This document shows positions 12,001-20,155 of a stretch of DNA of 32,351 nt, in pieces; within the stretch, counting starts at the first letter, position 1, and every line of letters begins with the position of its first letter. The stretch lies in NCBI GenBank assembly GCA_001275005.1, contig JWZX01003326.1, positions 1 through 32,351 of the forward strand. The letters run 5' to 3'. The DNA comes from Chrysochromulina tobinii (Eukaryota). Under the pieces are notes generated by a model. That model searched no databases, was not told the DNA's origin, and worked only from the letters and a program-made list of their open reading frames with translations. A program made the position numbers and the translations under genes.

Positions 12001-13449
12001 GGTCCACTTGTCGAGATGCTGCGTGCGTCCAACATGGAGGCGCAGGCCAAGGCGGCGGGCGCGCTCTTGCACCTCTCGTCGCTCGCAAGTGCGCAGACGA
12101 GCATCGTCGAGCGCAACGGCATCGCTCTCCTCGTGGCCCTTCTCGACTCCGAGCGTCTGTGTGCGGCCAACCACGCCGCGGGAGCGCTCTGGCAGGTGGC
12201 CTCGACTGCAGCGGCCAAGGGCGCCATCATCAAGGCGGGTGGGCTGACGAAACTCGTGGCGCTGCTGCTGCGCACGGATTCGGCGGAGGCCAAGGAGCCC
12301 ATAGCGGCGCTTCTCGCGGACCTCGCACGCACCGGCCACAAGGGTGACGCAACCAAGGGGACTCTCGTGGCCGCGGGCGGCATCGCGCCGCTCGTCGCGC
12401 TGCTCGAGGCGTCATCTGTCGACGCCCAGAAGCACGCGGCATGCGCACTGTGGGGACTCACAGACGGCGTGTCGGCACATCAAGCGGCCGCGACCGCCGC
12501 CGGAGCGGTGCCGCGGCTCGTCAGCCTTCTCGGGAACGAGAGTGAGGCGCAGGGCTTCGCCGCCGCGGCGCTGTGCAACCTGGCCGAGGATGCGCACGCG
12601 CGCCAGCAGCTCGTCGACGCCGGAGCTGTGAAATCTCTCCAAGAGATCTCCAAGGGGCCTCAGACGTGGCTGCGCACGCAGGCCGTCAACTTGCTCAACC
12701 AGCTCGACGTGTTCGCACCCCCCTCAGATGCGGAGGTCGGTCGGAAGATCCATCTCCAGAAGACAGACCTCCACAAGAGCCAAAAGGTGTCGCTGCAGGC
12801 GGCCGTGGTCGCCGCGAACGCCGCCGCCAAGCTGAATGCGCCTCTCAAGAATGGCGCCATTCTCTTCGATAAGGGCGTGCCGGCGGCAGCGACGGAGACC
12901 TCGAAGGAGGCGGCCCCGCCTCCCAGGGCAGCGGGAGAGGAAGCGCTCGCCGCGGCGCTCGCCAAGGCTGCTGCCGCGTACGAAGCTGCCAAGGCAGTGG
13001 CGGAGGTGGACGAGAATCTTGATGACCATTGCAAGACGCCGAAGGCGAAGCGCACGAGCAAACGGCCTCCCAAGAGTGGCGCCAAGGACAAGGAGCCCCC
13101 GACAACGACGCCAGTGGCGGCCAGAGATACTTCAAGCGCTCCGAACAGCAGCCGCGAGACGGGCGCCGCATCGCGTGACAACTCGCGGCCATCCTCACGA
13201 TCCTCTTCGAGGGTCAACTCACGCAACGTCTCGCCGCGCAACGGCTCGCCGCGCAACGTCTCGCCGCGCAGCGGCTCGCCGCTCAACAGCGCGCGCGCTG
13301 GCTCGCCCAGTGTCTCGGCAGAGCGTGCGCCTACAGGGAACGCTGGAGGGGCGTCGAGAGCTAAGCCACAGCGTAAGCGCACGCCCAGCCCGAACGCGAG
13401 GCGTTCGAGCCCTTCATCGCGAACGGGCGAGAGCGTGAGAATCGCTTGA
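3074..13449 (+). CDS. Giant armadillo/beta-catenin-repeat protein (Vac8-like repeats), ~3,457 aa once two single-base insertions (~5087-5091 and ~9905-9906) are removed
   Basis: Three overlapping ORFs (3074-5305, 4842-9929, 9709-13449) carry dozens of ARM repeats (IA.AGGI.PLV.LL ... AA.ALW.LA ... NQ). The ARM consensus passes from one frame to the next at the overlaps: AIAQSG|AISPLVSLL and GGVPLLI|ALLSKDFEAAVQREAAGALW. The C-terminal tail is S/R/P-rich and disordered. Confidence 0.85.
9731..9786 (+). repeat. 12-nt coding tandem repeat, (TPLH)x4
   Basis: ACGCCGCTGCAC units in a linker between ARM repeats. Confidence 0.85.
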
Positions 13450-13589
13450 GGCAGCTGAGGGTGGTTTCAGTAGGGAGTAGAGTAGTGCGCTTTCTTTTCC
13501 GGCACTTTCTTCTTCCCATAGCCTAGCTCTGCGATGGAGCCCAAGGTCCAATAAAAAACATGAAAACCCCGCACCCCGCCTCACGGCCG

Positions 13590-13682
13590 TCTGTACCGTG
13601 TACGCTGTACCGTGTACGCTGCCTCGCCGCACGCCGGCCCGTGACCAAGCCCGTGACCAAGCCCGTGACCAAGCCCGTGACC
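13590..13682. repeat. Short tandem repeats in the convergent 3' intergenic region
   Basis: CTGTACCGTGTACG x2, then GCCCGTGACCAA x~4. Confidence 0.8.
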
Positions 13683-13872
13683 TCTCCAGTCGCGGGTACC
13701 GGTTGAAACCGCCTGCGCCTCGGCCCCTCCCCGCAGCTCGAGCTGCTCGGCTCTGCACCGTCCCGGGGTCACTCTAGCGAACTTACAGCCGGGCCGGTTC
13801 TTCACCACCTCACGATTCTGTCGCGATGGTCCCGCGTAGCCGTAGGATCGGCTGCTTTTCGAACCTGACTTT

Positions 13873-16800
13873 TCAGATTCGCTTTGCTGTGAGGGCGCCG
13901 TTACAGAGGGTGAAGCTGCGGCCCAGGGTGGGAAATTGTACCTTCTTGCCTTGCTTTGCGATGCCGAAGAGTGGGCAGTCATGGCTGTGAAGGCTGCCTT
14001 TGAAAGTTACCTGGTTGTAAGGTTTTACACCAGATGACTCAGCCACTCGGCGTGCCGTCACTGTTGCTGTTGCGTTGCATTCATTGCAGGTGACCTGTAG
14101 GTCAAATGCTGCGTTGCTCTCAATAGCACGGGCCACTGAGCAAAAAGCAGGCGATGGTGTGCGAATGGGTGTTAGAGGAGAGAACAGGAGAGAATCTATC
14201 ACAGGAATCAGTGCAAGACTTACCTCCTCCCTTGGCTTGAGCAGTCGTGTCCGCCTTGAAGGCCTCGGCGAGGCGCGGCATGAGCGTGGAGAGGCGGGCG
14301 AGCTCGTCGTGGGAGGCGTGGCACGTGCGCCCCCACAACGGCGAATTCGCCACCGGGATCTCCGCGAGCCCGCTCAGCACGCGGAGGATGTTGATCACGC
14401 CCATCGTGGTCTGGACAGCGGCCGCAGGTTCTGCGTTTGGGCCCTTGAGCTTGGGCGAGGATACCACGATGCCGACGAGCTTGCACGTGTTGTCCGGCAT
14501 CTGCACCAGCTTGAGGCCGAAGAGGTGCTTGGCCTGGCCCGGGGTCATCTCGCACTCGGCCACGCTCTTGCCGAAGAGCTTGTAGACGGCGGGGCCGGCG
14601 TGCAAGACAGCGGCGACGGAGCCATCCTCTACAAGTTGATGCAGAGCCTGCAGCTGGCTATCGCCCTGGGCGAGCGCGCCGGGCTTTTCTGGGCTGCAGA
14701 GCGTGGGCAGCACCGAGGCGCTGGCGCAGGCGCGGGCGATTTCGTCCGTCTTCGGCGGCTCCTTGTACGTCGATGGTCTCGAGCCCTTGCCCGCCTGCAC
14801 GTTCTCGTCAAACACGGTCGCGAAGGAGACGTCATTGAGGTGGACCGCCGTGAAGGGGGGGTCTGGCGGATTCGGCGAGAGAAGGGCGGCCTCCAGCATG
14901 GCGGTCTGGAACGTTGGCACTGTGGAGCCGTCCTGGTGGCACACATATGGGCCCTTCTGGGCCGGAAATCGGCTCATGCCCACGTCAGCTAGGTTACGAG
15001 TTGTCTCCAACTGTTGGGCCAAGGGCCAGGACGTGAGCAGACTCCAGATCGCGGCGTTGGGCAACGCAGAGGACCCCATTGGGTTGGTCTCAACTCGAAA
15101 GCCTTTGAGGCAGAGTTCACGGGCCTTGGCCACCCCGGCTTGCACGGCCGCCACATCCGGGCCTGCCACGTGGCTGCTGCGGGCGAGCTCCAGGCAGGCT
15201 TGCAGCCCTGCCAGCAGCGTCGTGAAATTTGGCGAGCCCATCGGCCGGCAATTTGGCACAGCAGCAGCATCAGCAGCAAATGCTGCTACAAGGGCCCCAG
15301 CCTCAACATGGCTGCTGGGAACACCGCCACTGCCGCCGCTGTCGCCACAGCTGCTGGGAACGCCACTGCCGCTGCCGCTGCCACCGCTGCTGCCGCCATT
15401 GGGAACGCCACTGGGAACGCTGTGCTGTGCGGCCCAATGCTCGGGAACGCCGTGGGCAGCCCAATGCTCTGGTGGGATCTCGTACACTTCCACCTCCTCA
15501 TCACTGTCCATGAGCGAAAGGCGAAGGGCCTTCTGCAGCTGTGCTGCATCCCCATCCTCGTCACTGTCAACGACTGGCACTAAGTCACGTCCAAGGGATG
15601 TCGAGTTGACTCGTTTCTTGCCTTCCTTGCGGGCCACCAGAGAGGTCCGAGTTGCTTGGCCTTCCATGGACAGAGCTATTGCTTGCACGAGCCGGGCCTC
15701 CTCAGTCTCAGCCGTATCCAGTGTGCTGACACCAACTGCCCCGCCCGCGCATGCTCCGCCCATCTCTGAACAGAAGCCACCACCGGCCTTGTCACTGTAG
15801 CCGCTGCCGCAGAAATTACTGCCGCCACCTAAGCCATCCGAGAGCATATGTTCGGGCTGGGCGTGGTGCAGCTGCACGGCCAAGGCGGACATTGGCCGCG
15901 AGCTTTGGGTGCTGCCACCGCTTCGACCACCGAAGCTGTCGCCGCTATGGCGCATGGCAGCGGCGGCGGCGCACGCGCCTTCAAGATCGAACGCATAGAG
16001 ATCCGGGTCCGAAACATCAGTGGAGACAGTGGTGAGAGTGGTCTGGAAGCTGCCGAAATTGCCGCCAGTGCTGATGCCATCCGAGAGCAAATGTCTGGGC
16101 TGGGCACGCTGCAGCGGCACGTCCAAGGCTGACATTGGCCTCGAGCCCTGGACGCTGCCGAAGCCACTGCTGCTGAAGCCACTGAGGCCGCCGTAAATGC
16201 CTCCTGGGTGCCGGTTGAAGCCGCTGCCGCCAGCAGCTGCCTTATCTGGCGGTGGCAGTCCTTCCGGCAACTCCACTCCCACCATCATCTCTCCAGGAAC
16301 ATCCCCCGGAGGTCCTGATGGTAGGTCTGGTGGAAGTTCCTCTACAGTCTGGAGCCGATCCGGCCTCTGCAGCCATCTTGGCACCTGATGAAGGAGGTCA
16401 TCAGGTGCATCAGCCGCAGACGGTTGGAGTTCATCAGGCGCAATCAGGCACTCAGGAGGGGCACTCATTAGGTGCAATCAGGCACACTTCACTCACCGGC
16501 TGTGGTCCGCTCTCACACCGGCTGACCTCCGCAATCTTGTCCTCGTGGGCGCCGTGGATCGGAGGCGCCAAACGGTTCTTGAGCGCAGGCATGGTGCTGA
16601 ACAGTGGTGCAGCGTACTTGTGGAGCGGGATGGTCATCGCATTCCACATCTTGAGCACGAGCTGCAGCGGAGTCAGCTGCACGTGCGACCGCTCTGCCGC
16701 AGCGGTTTGCTCGTACGACGGTGGCGCCAGCTTGGGCGGCAGCGCGGGAGCGGCAGGCCGTGGCGGGCCGAGCGCGGCAGACGCACGCGTGGAGCGTGCA

Positions 16801-19800
16801 GCGCGCGCCAAGCGCACTGCGACCACCTCGACTTCTGCCCGCTCGGCAGCCTCTTCGGCAGCCTCGGCCGCCTCGTTCGCCTGCCGCTGCTGCTCGTGCG
16901 CCGTGGCCGCCTGGTCTACTTGGCAGCTAAGCGCCGCGGAGAGGGCGATTCGATGCCCCTGGCCACCTCGAGGGCACGAGGACTCCTCGTCCCGCTCCAT
17001 CGCTACCCGATCGACCATGGCCGGCTCTTGCGCCTTCTCGTCGACCTCCTCGTCCTGCTGCTGCGCCATCAGCTCACCATCCGCCGCCTCGAGCGCCGCG
17101 AGCTTCGACCGCAGGTGCTCCTGCAGTCGCTCGGCGAGCACGGCCTCGCGCCCGCCCTTGGTGTCGAGACCTGCGCGGGTGAGCTCCGCACGCAGCTCAG
17201 CGAGCTTGAGCGGGTGGATGCGCTCGAGCAGATCCTCGAGCGCCTGCTTGCTGTCCTCAAGCTCGTCAGCCTCCGCAGCTCCCTCCACCGCGCCATGCGC
17301 CGGTGCCTCCTCAGCGGCGGGTGTATCGTCGATGGCGTGCTCGTCCGCGGTGTCGAGCGGCGGCTCAGTCTCATCCATTGGCGCGCCCATGTCCTCTGCG
17401 GGCAGCGGCTGCGTGTCGTGCTCGGACGACGGTGGCGCCGGCTTGGAAGGGGGTGACAGTGGCGCCGGCTTGGAAGGGGGCGGGGACGCCTTCTTCTCGC
17501 GCTCGGCCACTGTGAGCTGCTCCTGCGCGGTGACGTGGTCTTCGGTCTCGGATACGTCCGAGAGCGCCGACTGCGACACGTTGAACGAGGAGGGCGGCGG
17601 CGTGCGCCCGAGGCCCACCGCGAGGCGCACCGCGAGCGTGAGGGAGGTCGTGCTCATCTTGCGCCCAAGGCTGGTTTTGGTGGCAGAGGGGGCCGCGTCG
17701 CCACTTACTGCCAGCTTGCTCAGTCGCGGCATGGCCGCCGCGCCGATCCAGCCACTGCCGCCCTTGGCGCCACCACTGCGGACTGCGGCCAGCTTCAAGA
17801 CACTCCACTTGGCGCCTGAGCCGCTGCCGTCGGCGCCACTGCCTACTCCGGCTGCAAGCCCCTTGGTTGCGCTCACCTTGCTCGCGCCGGCATCGGTGGC
17901 CGGCGCTGGCGTGCGAGGCGCGCTGCCAACGGTGCTCGGAGGCTCGAAGTCGCGCTGCATCCGCGGCGCAGGGCTCTTGACACCCGCGCCGGCGAGCAGC
18001 ACTGCGCCCGCGCCAATGCTGGCACCGCCGCCCTTGCCCGAGCTGCCCGCGCTGCCACTTGAGCGAGCTGGCGCGCCGCTGCCGACGGGGAGAGAGACAG
18101 AGGAGACCGACTGCTTGCGGGCCGCACGCTCAAGCACCTTGGCGGGTGCGCGCTGCTCGTCGAGGAGCCGCAGCAGCACCGGACGCCAGCTCTCGGGCAG
18201 CGCGGGGAAGATTCGATCTGCGATCGTCTCCACCTCGGCCGCGTCCACGCAGAAGGCGATCGAGAGGTCCTTGGGCACAGGCTCCAGTGGGATCGCAACG
18301 GGCGTGGCGAAGAAGCGCACCCAGTAGTAGCGCCCCGCCTCGCGCGCGCCACTCACGACCGGCGAGAGGCCCGCGCGCAGCTCAAGCTCGCCGTCGTCAG
18401 GTTCGACGACCACGCCAGACTCGAGCTCCGTGTCGAGGAAGAGCTCGCGACGGCACGTCTGCTGGTTGCCCAGGTCGTAGTTCATGTCGATGGTGGAGAG
18501 GTTGAAGTCGAACCAGCCAAGGTGGTCGCGGCGCGAGCCCCACGCGCACTGCTCGCCGAAGTTCGTCTGCGCGAGCGGCCGAAGCGACAGCACGCGCGAG
18601 CTCACGTCGCCCACGTTGAGCGCCGCGAGCAGCTTGCGCGCCGACTGGCTCTTGACTCCCAGGCTCTTGGACTCGCCCGACAAGCGCGCCACGTACGAGG
18701 CATGCTCGTCGATCTCGAGGGGCGCGTAGCGCGCTTGGAGCACGCTCAGCTTGTCGGTGCACGCGGCCGAGTGCTTGGCGAAGACCTGCAGCGTCGAGAT
18801 CAGCAGCTCCTGCAGCTTGAACAGGCCCGCCGAGAGGAGCAGCTGGTCGAGCATGCTCGCGAAGCCGGAGCAGAGCGACTCCGGGAGCGTGTGGAACTGG
18901 ACGCGGTCGAACTTGCAAAGGATGGAGGCCGCCTGGAGACGCACGTCGGCGTGAAAAGGGGTCGGCTCGGCGCACGTGACCACGCGGTACGCCGAGTGTT
19001 GCAGCGCCGTGCACGCGACGCGAGAGTCGTCCACGAGCTTGGCGTCCTCCTCGATGGTCTGGTCGGTGTTGCCGAGCATGCACATGATCATCGTGCTCAG
19101 GTGGTACATGAGGTTCTGCGAGAGCGCAACGCGCGGAGATACGGTGCAGGCTCGGTCAGACGTGCGCGCGCGCAGCGCACGGTGCGAGCGCGCGGCCGAT
19201 GGGTGAGCGGTCGGGCGGGCGCTCGATCGAGTGGATGGGCACTGACTCACTGCGGGCGGCGCGCGCGAGTGGACGCACCTGATCGTCACATGGGTAGTGA
19301 CCGGACATGCGCGCGAGACGCAGCACGTCGTACAGCTTGCACACCGCGTTCATGAACGCCGGGGTGAGGAACTTGGCAAGCCACGCCTTGGTGCCTGTGC
19401 AGCCCTTTTTGCCATGTACGAGACGGCAGACCTGCGAGTGGGGCGGATGGGAGAAGCGGTGAGCGCGTTGAACTTGGAGCGATGGGAGCCAGGCGTGCTT
19501 GTGATGGGCGCGCGCGGCACCGGCCGAGCGGCTCGCAACATCTTGCGCGGTGCGGCGCGCGAGGTGCATGCGCAAGCAGTGCACGCGCGCATGCACGCCA
19601 GGGAACCTGCAGTGTCCAGAGTGCGCGATGGACGCAGGACGAGACGCGCTCCCTGCGCGCTGCAGCCCCATGCGCAGGCGATTCGGTAGCGATGGCGTGA
19701 GGCTCGCGCGCGCGCTCACCAGATCGAAGAAGTCTTGCAGGTGCATCGGGCAGTCATCCGGCATCTCCTTGGCCGTCTCGATCGTGCGGAGGATCTCGAA

Positions 19801-19851
19801 GAGAAGCGGCTCGGCCGTCGGTGGAGAGACGTCGTCGGACTCGTCGGACAT
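13873..19851 (-). CDS. Multi-exon gene, ~1,775 aa: SYCP2/Red1-like N-terminus + SAP domain + 2 UIMs + unknown globular domain + WRKY/GCM1-like Zn finger. Predicted exons 19851-19720, 19431-19279, 19115-16497, 16384-14224, 14135-13873
   Basis: ATG at 19851. GT-AG introns at 19719-19432, 19278-19116, 16496-16385 and 14223-14136 join the 249-, 945-, 785- and 109-aa ORFs in frame (exon total 5,328 nt). Domain motifs are detailed under findings. The 16496-16385 join that makes this a single gene is inferred. Confidence 0.65.
14136..14223 (-). other. Spliceosomal intron (88 nt, phase 1)
   Basis: GTAAGT donor, CTAAC branch-like motif, TTTTTGCTCAG acceptor. It joins KGG|VARAIES in frame. Confidence 0.8.
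15506..15703 (-). other. Two ubiquitin-interacting motifs (UIM)
   Basis: EEARLVQAIALSME (15703-15662) and DGDAAQLQKALRLSLMD (15556-15506) match the acidic-xx-L-xx-A-L-x-L-S UIM consensus. Confidence 0.75.
16385..16496 (-). other. Spliceosomal intron (112 nt, phase 0) with degenerate CCTGATTGC/CCTGATGA motifs
   Basis: GTGAGT donor and CTTCATCAG acceptor. It joins the 945-aa and 785-aa ORFs in frame (GPQP|VPRW). Confidence 0.7.
17112..17219 (-). other. SAP DNA-binding domain
   Basis: IHPLKLAELRAELTRAGLDTKGGREAVLAERLQEHL fits the SAP consensus LxxxELKxxLxxxGLxxxGxKxxLxxRL. Confidence 0.85.
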
Positions 19852-20155
19852 GATCCCGGCGGGTCTGTGTGGGCGCGAAGGGGACGATGCGCGCTCGCGG
19901 TGCAAGGTGCGTGGCGACTGCGCTAGGGAGTGATCACTCGCCCCTCGGGCGGTCGTGCCGGTACCGCGCGCGCGCGCTCGAGCGAGCGAAGCTCAAAAGG
20001 GCGCTCTATCAGATTCATGTCGAATCGCAGCGCATGCATTTCAATCACTTGCAGTTACTGAAATTCGCAAGTTTCAAGTCGTTGAGGAACGCGTTGAGTC
20101 TCCAGAGGACAGAGGACGTCGGAGCGCGCCCTCGAGCTGAGGCGAGAGGACAGGG
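19852..20155. promoter_or_regulatory. Probable compact bidirectional promoter
   Basis: Only 304 nt separate two head-to-head ATGs, with a visibly AT-richer core at ~19990-20100. No specific element was identified. Confidence 0.45.

Noticed and set aside
4435..13382. Many 200-540-aa minus-strand ORFs over the ARM gene
   Set aside because: They mirror ARM codons (recurrent MPPA/MAPA) and carry no independent evidence.
13550..13555. AATAAA ~100 nt after the ARM gene stop as a poly(A) signal
   Set aside because: A single hexamer in an A-run, and signal usage in this lineage cannot be established from the window.
13450..17000. An intact Mutator-like transposon around the Zn-finger segment
   Set aside because: No terminal inverted repeats, target duplication or DDE catalytic domain could be identified by eye.
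16252..18327. 691-aa plus-strand ORF
   Set aside because: Ser/Ala-rich antisense shadow of the SYCP2-like/SAP gene; high GC suppresses stop codons.
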